NCBI GenBank assembly: GCA_044229975.1
Contig: JBGARZ010000024.1
Location: 64,001-128,000 of the forward strand
DNA: 64,000 nucleotides
Source of the DNA: Polyangiales bacterium
Lineage (GTDB): Bacteria > Myxococcota_A > Polyangia > Polyangiales > Ga0077539
Reading direction: 5' to 3'
A model generated the notes under the pieces. The model was not told where the DNA came from, did not search any database, and was given only the letters and a program-made list of their open reading frames with translations. Shown here piece after piece: positions 37,456-47,715 of the stretch. Made by a program: the position numbers and the translations under genes. Each line of letters opens with the position of its first letter. Position 1 is the first letter of the stretch.

Positions 37456-40407
37456 TCAGCGCGACCGCATCGCGGGACTCGCCACGTGCTTGGGCCCTTC
37501 GGGTCGCGTGAGCCGCTCGCCCAGCGCGGTCACCACGGCCTGCGCGATGCGCATCGCCCGCAGCCCATCGAGGGCGCTGGTCGGCGGCGCCGCCTTGCGC
37601 GCGACCATGTCGCGGAACGCATCGAGCATCCCCTCGCTGTCGTTGCCGCGCTCGACCGAGGTGGTGCGATCGCCCTGTGGGGTGTCGTGCACGATGCTCT
37701 CGGAGCCACCCTCGCGGCGCCACGAGAAGCGCCGGTTGAGCGCGGTGATGAGCGCCACCTCGTCGAGGTTGCTCGTCCCCTCACTGTCCAGAACGATCTC
37801 CCCCACCGCCCCGTCCGCGAACAAGAACTCCGCGCGCAGCCACTGCGGACGGTCCTGCCCGCGGGTCTCGGTGCGGGTGAGGGTGGGCTCTCCCTGCCCG
37901 AACGCCGCCATGAGGTACGCCGAGTGGTAGAGCGGTTGGTAGAGCGCGTCGCGGCTCCACGCCTTCGGTGCGTCGGGCGCCGCCGCGGGCCAGCGCCGCA
38001 GACACGTCACGCGCCGCGGGGCGGTGATGGTCCCGTCGGCCAGCATCGCCCGCAGCCGCCGGACGCCCGGCGTGTAGAGCATCACGTGCGCGGCCATCAT
38101 CGGGCTCTGCTCGGCGCGGGCGACCAGGGCCGCGGCCTCGTCCGCCGTGCGCGCGAGCGGCTTCTCGACGAGCGCGGGGATGCCTCGATCGGCGGCGAGC
38201 ATGGCGAGCGGATGGTGCGCGATGGTGGCCGCGGCGACGACCACCGCGTCGGGCTTCACCGCGTCGAGCAGGACCGCGGCATCGCTCTCCAGGCGCAGCC
38301 CCTCGAAGGGACCAGGGTCGCGCTCCAGCAGATGCGGCGAAGCGACGCCCACGACCTCCAGGCCGCGCACCTGCTTGGCTGCTCTCAACAGCCGCTGCGC
38401 GTGCGGCCCCGAGCCCAAAAACACCACCCGCACCGGCTTCGACTCGTCGGCCCGCAGCATCGGGAGGCGGCGCGGTTCGGGCGGCAGCGCGGGGATGGGC
38501 AGCTCGCCCTCGTCGGCCAAGACGGGCGCGATGCGCAGCGCGGGGTGCACCTGCTCGAAGCGCACCGGCGGGCGGTGGACGGCGATGTACCGGACCTCCT
38601 CGGGGGTGAGGGGTTCGCCCTTCTGCGCGACGAGCTCGCCGAATCCGTAGCGCACGGCGTAGGGCTTCCAGAGGCCGACGCAGAGCGACGAGAAGCGGCA
38701 CTCGGCGCACTGCGGCCCGCGGGTCTTCTGGGGCTCGTCGTCCGAGAGGGCCTGCGGGGACATCTGGACGAAGTCGCTCCAGCCGACGAACTCCCCGAGG
38801 AAGCACGGCGGGATGCCCTGGCGCGAGCCCACCACGAAGGCGTTGCCGCGCGACTCCAGCAGCTTCATGGCGCGCCGCAGGTACGGGGTCACCTCGGAGA
38901 TGCGCGGCATGAGCGCGGCGTTTTCCAGCGCCTTGAACTGCGGCGTCACGAACGCGAACGAGATGCCCACGCGCCCGCCCCAGGTCGAGCTCACGAAGTC
39001 CGCGAAGCGCGGCAGGTACGGGAAGTTGATGGCCGTGATGACGTGGTTGACGTCGACCAGCACGCCCGCGTCGAGCATCGCGTGGATCGAGCGCACCGAG
39101 CGCTCCCAGTCGCCGATCTTCGAGGTGGCGCGGCGGGAGAGCTGCTCGTCGTGGGCGTGCAGCGAGACGAAGGCCTTGGTGAGCCCGGCCTCGCGCAGCG
39201 GGCGAACCTTCTCGGGCGTATCGATGAGCGCGCCGTTGGTGACCAGCTCGACGTCGGCGATGCCCAGCCGCGACGCCGCGCGGATGTAGTGCACGAGGTC
39301 TTTGGAGAGCGTGGGCTCACCGCCGCTGAAGGAGAGGTGCTTCACCCCCGAGCGGGCCATGCGGGCGATGCGCCGGAGCATGTCCTGGGAGTCCTTGAAG
39401 ACGTTCTCGGTGGTCTCGTTGGCGCTGCAAAAAGGGCAGTCCTGGTTGCAGTGGATCGTCGGACGCAGCACCCGGTTGATGACCCGCGAGGCGGCCTCGC
39501 GGTGCGAGGCGTTCCAGTCGCGGCGGGGCGTGGTGCGCTGCTCGAAGAGGCGCTTCGGTTTGGCGGCGAAGGGCAGGAGGTCACGCTCACCATGCACGGC
39601 GCGGTAGGCGTCGCTCGGGCCGAGGCAGTAGTCGCGCACCGCGCACTTCGCGCACGCCTCACCCTGCGTAAACCCAGAGCGCTTCTGCGCCGGGCGCTTC
39701 GGGTTGAACTGGTGTGCGCGCTGGTGCTCCTCGTCGTGCCCGAGCACGCACAGCGGGATCGCGTCGTACTCGAAGATCTGCACCTTGATGCCGAGCGCCG
39801 ACGCCTTCGGGATGAGCTTCCGCAGCGACGCGCGAACCTCCTCCCACGGCGGCTGCGCGAGCACCGCGGGCGTCGGCGCGATCGACGCGTACACCCGGAA
39901 GCCCGCGAGCGATGGCACCGCCCGATGGGCGAGGTCGAGCAGCTCGGAGAGGTCCTGCAAGCGCGCCGGGAGCAGCGCGACCTCGACGGACACCGAGAGC
40001 CCCGCGGCGTCCATCGCGCGCATCGCCCGCAGCGTCGCCACCAGCGCGCCGTTGCGACCCGCGACGCGATCGTGCACGGCCGGGACGTGCGAGAAGAGCG
40101 GGACGACCACGCCCCGAACGCCCTGGTCGGCGAGGGTCATGGCCTGGGCGACGGTGGCGAAGCGCCCGCCGTGGGTACGCACCCGCACGTCGGCCCAGCC
40201 CGCCTGGTGGGCGGCTTCGAGCACCTTCGCGAAGTTGGGCGCGTTGACCGACGACCCGCGGAAGACGAGCCGCTCGCCGCCCGTCCGTACTCCGACGGGG
40301 ACGCCGTGCTCGTCGGTGGGGGAGGGGCGCTCGGAGCAGTCGCAGAGGGCGGAGCAGCGCTGCTCGCAGGCGCCTGCGAGGTGGATGTGGAGGGTCGAGC
40401 GTGACAC
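37456..40407 (-). CDS. Fusion: degenerate radical SAM, radical SAM, Gfo/Idh/MocA oxidoreductase
   Basis: CEQRCSALCDC (altered spacing, no GGEP), CNQDCPFC with SGGEPT, two Cx2Cx5C tails, then GSGPHA Rossmann motif and VEKPLA. Confidence 0.88.
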   Translation of the reverse strand: MSRSTLHIHLAGACEQRCSALCDCSERPSPTDEHGVPVGVRTGGERLVFRGSSVNAPNFAKVLEAAHQAGWADVRVRTHGGRFATVAQAMTLADQGVRGVVVPLFSHVPAVHDRVAGRNGALVATLRAMRAMDAAGLSVSVEVALLPARLQDLSELLDLAHRAVPSLAGFRVYASIAPTPAVLAQPPWEEVRASLRKLIPKASALGIKVQIFEYDAIPLCVLGHDEEHQRAHQFNPKRPAQKRSGFTQGEACAKCAVRDYCLGPSDAYRAVHGERDLLPFAAKPKRLFEQRTTPRRDWNASHREAASRVINRVLRPTIHCNQDCPFCSANETTENVFKDSQDMLRRIARMARSGVKHLSFSGGEPTLSKDLVHYIRAASRLGIADVELVTNGALIDTPEKVRPLREAGLTKAFVSLHAHDEQLSRRATSKIGDWERSVRSIHAMLDAGVLVDVNHVITAINFPYLPRFADFVSSTWGGRVGISFAFVTPQFKALENAALMPRISEVTPYLRRAMKLLESRGNAFVVGSRQGIPPCFLGEFVGWSDFVQMSPQALSDDEPQKTRGPQCAECRFSSLCVGLWKPYAVRYGFGELVAQKGEPLTPEEVRYIAVHRPPVRFEQVHPALRIAPVLADEGELPIPALPPEPRRLPMLRADESKPVRVVFLGSGPHAQRLLRAAKQVRGLEVVGVASPHLLERDPGPFEGLRLESDAAVLLDAVKPDAVVVAAATIAHHPLAMLAADRGIPALVEKPLARTADEAAALVARAEQSPMMAAHVMLYTPGVRRLRAMLADGTITAPRRVTCLRRWPAAAPDAPKAWSRDALYQPLYHSAYLMAAFGQGEPTLTRTETRGQDRPQWLRAEFLFADGAVGEIVLDSEGTSNLDEVALITALNRRFSWRREGGSESIVHDTPQGDRTTSVERGNDSEGMLDAFRDMVARKAAPPTSALDGLRAMRIAQAVVTALGERLTRPEGPKHVASPAMRSR

Positions 40408-40434
40408 CGAGGGTCTCGCCCGCAGTCTACACGC

Positions 40435-42180
40435 TCAGGGAAGCTCGATGCGCGGCCCGTCGACGACCCGCAGCCCCTCGGCGCTCCCGCGTAGCAGGAA
40501 CCACTGCGTCGGCAGCAGCCCCAGCACGAGGTCGTCGTAGCCATCGCGGTCGACGTCGCCCGTCCACGCGAAGGAGAGCGCCGTGTCGCGCGACCCGACG
40601 TCCGAGGGATAGATCGACCGCGACGGCGCAACGGGCATCCCCGCCGGGCTCCCATAGAACAGGTACATCGACGGCCCGCGCCCCTCGTTGTGCATCCGCA
40701 CCACGACGTCGCCGTAGCCGTCGCCGTTGAAGTCGCCGCCCGCCCGCACCCCGATGCCCTCGGTCTGCGGTCCCGTGAACGCCACCGTCCGCGCCGGCGC
40801 CGTCTCCACGCCGGGCGCCGCGCCCTGGAAGAGCACCACGTGGCTCCGCCCATCGACCGCAGGCCCGTAGGGTTCGGCCACCAGCGGGTCGGCGTGACCG
40901 TCGCCGTTGAGGTCGCCCACGACGCTCACATCCTGCCCGAAGAGGCTCACGGCCATCGCGTCGCCGTGAAGCCGTGTGACCTCGGAGTGCAGACAGACGC
41001 CCGCGCGGTTGAGCCACACGAGCGCGCTCCCCGGCGCCGTCGTCGAGGTGACGCCCACCAGCAGGTCGGGCCGACCGTCGCCGTTGACGTCGCCGCCGCC
41101 CGAGAGCGACGCGCCGAGTCCGTCGCCGGGCTCCCCCTGCAACAGCACCTCGGGCGCCGCCTGGAGTCCCTGCGGCGATCCGAAGAACACCCGCACCCGC
41201 CCCGCGACCCCATCACGCTCGTGGTCGACGCCCGCGAGGTCGGCGTAGCCGTCGGCGTTGAGGTCGCCCGCGTCGCGGAAGGAGTCCGGCCAGCGCTCCA
41301 CCCCAGCGGGCCGGGCGAGCTGCACCGGCATCGTGGGCAACCCGTTGGGACCGCCGCGGTAGAGGTACACCGCGCGCTGGGCGGGGTCGCCGTCGCGGGT
41401 CGCCACGGTGATGCCATCGAGGAAGCCGTCGCCGTCGAGGTCGCCGACCGCGGAGAGGTGACCCACGACGCCCTCACCCTCGGGGGCCGCGATGCGGACG
41501 GCGGGCGTGAGCGTGAGCCCCGTCGATGAGCCGAGGTAGAGCCCCGTGGGGCTGTCGGGACCGAAGCGCATCAGGAGGTCGGCGTGGCCATCGCCGTTGA
41601 GGTCGGGGATGCGTCCCTGCACCGTGTCGACGCCCGACTCGCGCGCCCCCACGACGAACTCCCAGACCGGCGTGGGCTTGGTGGACAGGTGGTTGCCGCG
41701 GCGGGCGCGCAGCCGCCAGAAGTAGACCCCCGGCGCGAGCGGAGTCTCCGGGCGCAGCGATGACCCGACCAGGTCGACCTCGCGCAGCACCGTGGTGCAG
41801 GCCCGGTCGCGACAGAGCTGCCACCGACCGCCCTGCACGTTGGCGGGCAGCACCCAGCGGAAGGTCGGTCGCTGCGAGGTCACCCGCCCGAAGGACTCCG
41901 GCGCGAGGAGCCGCGCGACGTTGTCGCTGCCCGGGGTGCAGACCTCGCCCGCGCAGCGCAGCCCCGGACCGCAGCGCAGCCCGCAGAGCCCGCACGGGAC
42001 GGCCTGCACCACCGGGTCGACCGGCTCGTCGGGCAGCGGCTCGCTGACGACGCTCTCCGGCAGGTCGACCATGAAGCGCGGGCCGACCGGCGCCCTCGTG
42101 TCGCTGTCGGTGCTCGCACAGCCCGCGACGACCACGCAGGCAGCGAAGCGGACCCATGAATCGGCACGGCGCACGGACAT
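40435..42180 (-). CDS. FG-GAP/integrin-like repeat lipoprotein
   Basis: Lipobox VVAGC; repeated GD[LVF][ND]GDGxxD motifs. Confidence 0.88.
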   Translation of the reverse strand: MSVRRADSWVRFAACVVVAGCASTDSDTRAPVGPRFMVDLPESVVSEPLPDEPVDPVVQAVPCGLCGLRCGPGLRCAGEVCTPGSDNVARLLAPESFGRVTSQRPTFRWVLPANVQGGRWQLCRDRACTTVLREVDLVGSSLRPETPLAPGVYFWRLRARRGNHLSTKPTPVWEFVVGARESGVDTVQGRIPDLNGDGHADLLMRFGPDSPTGLYLGSSTGLTLTPAVRIAAPEGEGVVGHLSAVGDLDGDGFLDGITVATRDGDPAQRAVYLYRGGPNGLPTMPVQLARPAGVERWPDSFRDAGDLNADGYADLAGVDHERDGVAGRVRVFFGSPQGLQAAPEVLLQGEPGDGLGASLSGGGDVNGDGRPDLLVGVTSTTAPGSALVWLNRAGVCLHSEVTRLHGDAMAVSLFGQDVSVVGDLNGDGHADPLVAEPYGPAVDGRSHVVLFQGAAPGVETAPARTVAFTGPQTEGIGVRAGGDFNGDGYGDVVVRMHNEGRGPSMYLFYGSPAGMPVAPSRSIYPSDVGSRDTALSFAWTGDVDRDGYDDLVLGLLPTQWFLLRGSAEGLRVVDGPRIELP

Positions 42181-42292
42181 GACGGGTCAACCTCCTCCGC
42201 GTCGCGCCGGACGCTACCAGAGGCTTGCAGACAGGTGGGGTGGGAGCCGTCCGTGCCTTTTGCGGGCGAACCGTTCCATACTGGCGGCCGCG

Positions 42293-44236
42293 ATGGCTTC
42301 TTCCGAGGTGCGGATCAACCTCTTCCACGGCGACCGGCTGGAGTACCGCTTCTGCACGCCCACCTGGCGCCAGACCCGGCGCGCGGTGCCGCTCGCCGAG
42401 GTGCTCGAACAGGTCGAGGCCGTCGACGCCCGCCGCTGCCAGCGGCTGCTGCTGGGCGAGTCGGCCCTCGCGCACCCGGACTTCGACCGCATCCTCGCCC
42501 GCTGCAAGGAGCGCGAGCTCAAGGGCATCGCCGTCGAGACCGACGGCCGCCCGCTCACCGCCCCGCTGCTCGCCTCGCTCAAGGAGCGCGGCGTCGAGAA
42601 GCTCTTCGTGGTGTGCGGCGGCGCGCGGCGCAGCGTCCACGAGCAGACCATGCAGGACCCCGGGTGCTTCATGGAGGCCATGGACGGCCTGAAGCGCGCG
42701 GCCGCGAGCGGCATGGCGCTGTACGTCATCGTTCCGGTGCTGCGCTGGACGGTGCGCGACCTCGACCCGCTGCTCGAATGGGCCCGCGCGCTCGACGGCT
42801 CGCTCAAGGGTTTCCTGCTGGCGCTGCCCGAGACGGGGCAGGTGCCCGCGCCGATGCACAAGGTGCTGCTCTCCTACGCCGAGCAGGCCGAGGCCGCGCG
42901 GCGCGTCTTCGATGAGTGCCGCCGGTGGAAGATCGAGTGGGGCTTCACCACGCGGCGCGGCGTGCTCCCGTGCGCGGCGGGCGGGGCGCTCGACCGCTTC
43001 GGGACGGTGTTCTTCGACCGCATCACGTACCTGCGGCACGCGCCGGCGGAGGAGTTCGCGCGCGTCGCGGCCTGCGAGACCTGCTCGATGAACCAGTCGT
43101 GCCCGGGCATCGAGCCCGCGTACGTCGAGGCGTTTGGTGCGGAGGGCCTCGCGCCCATCCCGCTCGATGTCTCCATGGACTGGAACCTCAAGCGCGCCAA
43201 CACGCTGGAGAAGCGCGACTTCAAGAACGTCTCGGACTTCGACAACGACACCGAGGGCAACGGCCGCGCGCTGCTGCGCATCAACGGCCACTGCAACATG
43301 TCGTGCGCGTTCTGCTTCGTGGACCGCACGGTGCCCGACTTCGACGCGGAGGACATCCTCGGGCAGATCGAGCGCATGGCGAAGCGCGACCCGTCGCACC
43401 TGGTGCTGTCGGGCGGCGAGCCCACGCTGCACCCGGCGCTCCCGCGCTTCATCGCCCGCGGCAAGGAGCTCGGCTTCCGCACCATCGAGATCCAGACCAA
43501 CGGGGTGAAGGCCGCGGTGCCCGAGTACGCCAAGGTGCTCGCCGACGCCGGGCTCTCGAAGATCACGGTCTCGCTGCACTCGGTCGACCCCGAGCAGTCC
43601 GACAAGATCACGCGTCTGCCGCAGGCCTTCGGCAAGACCATCACCTCGATGCACAACTTCCGTCAGCTCGGGGTGCTGACGCAGATCGCGCACGTCATCA
43701 CCAAGGCCAACTTCGAGGAGCTGCCCAACACGGTGCGCTTCCTGCGCGAGGAGTTTCCCGAGGACGAGGGGCACCTCAGCATCTGCTTCGGCGTGGCGCA
43801 GCCCATCAGCGACCTCGTCTACACGTGGGTCATGCCGCGCTTCGACGAGATCAAACCGTTCATGAAGGCGGCGCTCGACTACTGCCTGGAGACCCGCGTG
43901 GGCTTCGGCGGAATGATCGGCCAGGGCGGATACCCGCCGTGCATGCTCGACGGCGACCTCCGCTACTACGAAGGCAACATCCGCAACATCTACCGATCGG
44001 CCGACTGGCAGGACCAGTTCTACAAGGCCGACCGCTGCAAGGAGTGCAGCTTCGACCCGTACTGCGTGGGCGTCCGCCGCCTCTACGTGGAGACCTACGG
44101 CGACGCGGAGATCGTTCCCTTCAAGGCCGACATCGAAGAGCCCACCAACGCCACCATCGTCGAGGCCCCGGTGGTCACCGACGGCGCCCTGGTCACCCTC
44201 CGCCGCCGCAAGAACGACGCGGCCCCGCAGCCGTGA
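42293..44236 (+). CDS. Twin radical SAM protein (N-terminal domain lacks CxxxCxxC)
   Basis: C-terminal domain CNMSCAFC, SGGEPT, QTNG; both halves end in Cx2Cx5C. Confidence 0.9.
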   Translation: MASSEVRINLFHGDRLEYRFCTPTWRQTRRAVPLAEVLEQVEAVDARRCQRLLLGESALAHPDFDRILARCKERELKGIAVETDGRPLTAPLLASLKERGVEKLFVVCGGARRSVHEQTMQDPGCFMEAMDGLKRAAASGMALYVIVPVLRWTVRDLDPLLEWARALDGSLKGFLLALPETGQVPAPMHKVLLSYAEQAEAARRVFDECRRWKIEWGFTTRRGVLPCAAGGALDRFGTVFFDRITYLRHAPAEEFARVAACETCSMNQSCPGIEPAYVEAFGAEGLAPIPLDVSMDWNLKRANTLEKRDFKNVSDFDNDTEGNGRALLRINGHCNMSCAFCFVDRTVPDFDAEDILGQIERMAKRDPSHLVLSGGEPTLHPALPRFIARGKELGFRTIEIQTNGVKAAVPEYAKVLADAGLSKITVSLHSVDPEQSDKITRLPQAFGKTITSMHNFRQLGVLTQIAHVITKANFEELPNTVRFLREEFPEDEGHLSICFGVAQPISDLVYTWVMPRFDEIKPFMKAALDYCLETRVGFGGMIGQGGYPPCMLDGDLRYYEGNIRNIYRSADWQDQFYKADRCKECSFDPYCVGVRRLYVETYGDAEIVPFKADIEEPTNATIVEAPVVTDGALVTLRRRKNDAAPQP

Positions 44237-45588
44237 GCGAGGTCGGCAGCAGCACGCAAGGAGACGGCGTCGCCTTCCGCGACCCGGCGCCCTTCGACGA
44301 CGAGGCCCGCGACCTGCGCCTCAAGATCGCCCACGCCCTCGTGCGCGCTCCGCGGCTCCCCATCGACCTCCCGGCCTTCGGCCTGCGCCTGCTCGACGTC
44401 ACCGCCGACGGCCGCGCCATCTCGCTACAGCTCGGGCCCGAACACCCCGTCGCCGCGCTCCGCATCACGCGCCCGAAGGCCACCGCCGACTCGCTGCTCC
44501 AGCTCCGTCGCCCCAACGAGGCGGGCGTCGAGGTCACCATCGAGACCATCCATCAGGCCGCGCAGCGCCACGAGCGCGAGCTCGGCGTGATGGCCGACCG
44601 CCTGAAGCGCGCCATCACCGTCCCGCAGTGGGAGGAGGCACAGACCCACGCGCGCACCCTGCGAACGCTCCCCGTGGGCGTGCCGATGTACTTCTTCCGG
44701 CAGCTCGTGCCGGGGCTGCACCACCCGTCGGGGCTCATCCGCACGGGCTTCAAGTGCAACCAGGACTGCGGCCTCTGCTGGCAGTCGCGCGACTGGGCCG
44801 GCTTCGACGGCGACCACATCCTGCGCTGGATCGAAGACCTCGCCGGGGCGGGTGTTCGCTCGCTCATCCTGTCGGGCGGCGAGCCCACGCTCGACCCGCG
44901 CCTCCCGGAGTACCTGCGTCACGCCCGCGACCGCGGCATCTCGTCGATCACGCTGGAGACCAACGCCATCCAGTGCGCGCGCAACGACCTCGCGGTGAAG
45001 CTGCGCGACGCCGGTCTCACCGACGCGTTCGTGTCGCTGCACAGCGCCGACGCGGCCGTGTCCGACGCCATCACCCGCGCGCCCGGAACGCACGTTCGCA
45101 CCATCAAGGGCATGCACGCGCTGCTCGACGCGGGCGTCACGGTGAAGATCAACGCCGTGATGACCCAGGAGGGACTCGCTCACCTCAGCGGGCTACCCGA
45201 CTTCATCCACAGCGAGTTCGGTCGGCACGGCAACCTGCTGCGCAAGCTGATGCTCTCGTACCCGACCGACCCCTACGACCAGGCGCTCATTCCGAGCATC
45301 GTCCCGGAGCCCGTCGCGCTGCGGAAGGCGCTCGGCGAGACCCTGGAGCGGGCCTTCGCGCTGGGGCTCATCCCCGAGGGGCTCGACGGTCCGTGCGGCC
45401 CGCCGCTGTGCGCGTTTGGCGCCGACCCGCGCGTCACCGAGCTCAAGCCCATCCCCGAAGAACTCCCCTTCCGCCAGTACCTGAAGGGCTGCGAGGGGTG
45501 CAGCGTTCGCGGGTCGTGCTTCGGGTGCCGCACCGCCGACGTCGCGCTCTACGGCGACGCCTGCGCCGCACCCATTGCCGCGCCGTAG
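44233..45588 (+). CDS. HxsC-like radical SAM protein with N-terminal extension
   Basis: CNQDCGLC, SGGEPT, ETNA, PPLC, CEGCSVRGSC; GTGA overlap with the previous gene. Confidence 0.9.
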   Translation: MSEVGSSTQGDGVAFRDPAPFDDEARDLRLKIAHALVRAPRLPIDLPAFGLRLLDVTADGRAISLQLGPEHPVAALRITRPKATADSLLQLRRPNEAGVEVTIETIHQAAQRHERELGVMADRLKRAITVPQWEEAQTHARTLRTLPVGVPMYFFRQLVPGLHHPSGLIRTGFKCNQDCGLCWQSRDWAGFDGDHILRWIEDLAGAGVRSLILSGGEPTLDPRLPEYLRHARDRGISSITLETNAIQCARNDLAVKLRDAGLTDAFVSLHSADAAVSDAITRAPGTHVRTIKGMHALLDAGVTVKINAVMTQEGLAHLSGLPDFIHSEFGRHGNLLRKLMLSYPTDPYDQALIPSIVPEPVALRKALGETLERAFALGLIPEGLDGPCGPPLCAFGADPRVTELKPIPEELPFRQYLKGCEGCSVRGSCFGCRTADVALYGDACAAPIAAP

Positions 45589-45613
45589 CCTCCAAACCTA
45601 CTGAAGGGCTCCG

Positions 45614-47707
45614 ATGTCGACCCAACCCGACTACGACGTGCTGGTGCTGGGCGGCGGCCCGGCCGGATCCACCGCCGCCGCGCTCCTCGCCCGCGAGGGC
45701 CGCCGCGTGGCCCTCATCGAGCGCGAGCGCATGCCCCGCTACCACGTGGGCGAGTCGCTGCTGCCGAGCGTTCTGCCCTTCCTCGAAGAGCTCGGGGTCG
45801 CCGACGTGGTGGCCAGGCACGGCTTCCAGAAGAAGGTCGGGCAGACCTTCGTGTGGGGTCGGCATCGCGGCCCGTGGGTGCTCGATTTCCGCGAGCTCGA
45901 CGTCTACCCCTACGCGTACTTCGTCGAGCGCGCGCAGTTCGATGAGCTGCTGCTCCGCAACGCCGCGCGCCTCGGCGCCGAGGTGCACGAGGGCGTCTCC
46001 GTCGAGGACGTGATCACCGAAGGCGATCGCGTGGTGGGCGTTCGCGCGAAGCGCACCGACACCGGCGAGACGTGGTCACCGACGGCGAAGTACGTGGTCG
46101 ACGCCACCGGGCAAAACGCGCTGCTCGCGAAGCGCGCGGGCGACCGGCAGTACGTCGAGGGCCTGCGCAGCCTGGCGCTGTGGTCGTACTGGGAGGGCGC
46201 TGGCCGACTCCCGGCGCCGGCCGACGAACACATCGTCACCATCTCCACCGACACCGGCTGGATCTGGTTCATCCCGATGCAGAACGGCCGCACGAGCGTG
46301 GGGGTGGTGACCTCCGACGTCGACGAGCTACGCGGCGACTCCGGGTCGCGCGCCGACGACATCGCGGCCTTCTACCTGCGCACCATCCAGCGGGCCGAGC
46401 TGGTGGGCGAGCTGCTCGCGGGCGCGCGGCAGGTCGAGCGCGTGCACACCCAGCGCGACTGGTCGTACTGCGCGCGGCGCTTCACGGGCCCCGGCTTCCT
46501 GCTGGCGGGCGACGCGGCGTGCTTCATCGACCCGATCCTCTCGACGGGCGTGCACCTCGCGATGACCGGCGGGTACAACGCCGCGCTTACCCTCAACAGC
46601 GCGCTCGCCGAGCCCGCGCACGAGCCCGCGTTCATGCGCTACTACCAGCGCAGCTACGCGACCACCTACCGCGAGCTGCTCACCCAGGTGCGGCACTTCT
46701 ATCAAATGGAGGTGCACCGCGAGGCGGTGTTCTGGAAGTCGCGGCGCATCCTGCGGGTCGACCCCCGGCTCGACAACTCGCTGGCCTTCGTCTTCCTCAC
46801 GTCGGGGCTCGCGCGTCACGTCACCGCCGTCGCGCCGCACGACCTCACCGGGCAGTCGCGCGCGGCGTTCTCCTCGCGGCTCGATCAGGACGGCCGCGTG
46901 GACTACCGCCCCAACGCCCGCGACCGCGACCTCGCGCACGCCTCGCGCCTCGTGGTCACCGGCGCCGACGGCGCGCTCATCGCCTTCGAGCAGGAGGGCA
47001 TGCGGCTGCGGCTGCGACCCACCGCCGAGGCCCCGTTCTCCGCGCGGCCCGCACGCACGGCCTTCCTCCTCGAGATCGCCCGCGGCACCGACGGCCTCCC
47101 CATCGGAACGCTGCTCGTCGAGGCCGTGCGCCCCAACCTCCCGGCGGGCGCCCGCACCATGCGCGGCTTCGCGGTGCACGCGCGTCCCTACCGCGGCCGC
47201 GACGCCGACAGCGCGCTGCTCCGTGATGCAGCGGGCGCGGCGGTGCAGGCCATCCACGAGAGCGCCGAGACCTCGCTCGTGTCGCTGGAGGACGACGTCC
47301 GCGCGGCGCTCTCCTCCTCCGACGGGACCGCCTGGGACCTCACCGAGCCCGCCGACCTGGGCGACGCCGCGGCCGCCGCGATGCCGGTGACGGCGGAGTA
47401 CGTGCGCGCCTCCGATGGTGAAGGCATCTGGGTGGTGGTCGACGCGCGACGCGCGCCCGAGGCGCTGGAGAACCCGTTCTGGCGCGGGCGCCTGGTCGAC
47501 GCGAGCTACACGAGCGAGGTCGAGCGCGACCCGCCGCCCGCTGACGTGCTCGCGCTGATGGCGAGGGTGACCGACGCGCTCACCGCCATCGAATCCGACT
47601 GCCGCACCGTCTCCGAAGCGCTCGCCCGCGCGCCCGAAGCGCTCGCCCGCATCACCACCGACGCCTGGACGCTCCGCGGCGTCCGCCGCATCGAGATGGG
47701 CGGCTAG
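45614..47707 (+). CDS. Flavin-dependent halogenase with long C-terminal extension
   Basis: GGGPAG, HVGESLLP, GFQKK, WIWFIP (WxWxIP), GDAACFIDPILSTGVHLA. Confidence 0.85.
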   Translation: MSTQPDYDVLVLGGGPAGSTAAALLAREGRRVALIERERMPRYHVGESLLPSVLPFLEELGVADVVARHGFQKKVGQTFVWGRHRGPWVLDFRELDVYPYAYFVERAQFDELLLRNAARLGAEVHEGVSVEDVITEGDRVVGVRAKRTDTGETWSPTAKYVVDATGQNALLAKRAGDRQYVEGLRSLALWSYWEGAGRLPAPADEHIVTISTDTGWIWFIPMQNGRTSVGVVTSDVDELRGDSGSRADDIAAFYLRTIQRAELVGELLAGARQVERVHTQRDWSYCARRFTGPGFLLAGDAACFIDPILSTGVHLAMTGGYNAALTLNSALAEPAHEPAFMRYYQRSYATTYRELLTQVRHFYQMEVHREAVFWKSRRILRVDPRLDNSLAFVFLTSGLARHVTAVAPHDLTGQSRAAFSSRLDQDGRVDYRPNARDRDLAHASRLVVTGADGALIAFEQEGMRLRLRPTAEAPFSARPARTAFLLEIARGTDGLPIGTLLVEAVRPNLPAGARTMRGFAVHARPYRGRDADSALLRDAAGAAVQAIHESAETSLVSLEDDVRAALSSSDGTAWDLTEPADLGDAAAAAMPVTAEYVRASDGEGIWVVVDARRAPEALENPFWRGRLVDASYTSEVERDPPPADVLALMARVTDALTAIESDCRTVSEALARAPEALARITTDAWTLRGVRRIEMGG

Positions 47708-47715
47708 GCCCAGAG

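Noticed and set aside
41792..44232. Long N-terminal extensions in the ORF track (for example starts at 41792, 42916, 54812, 13459, 8029, 6717)
   Set aside because: They overlap neighbouring real genes; downstream starts with an RBS or stop/start overlap fit better.
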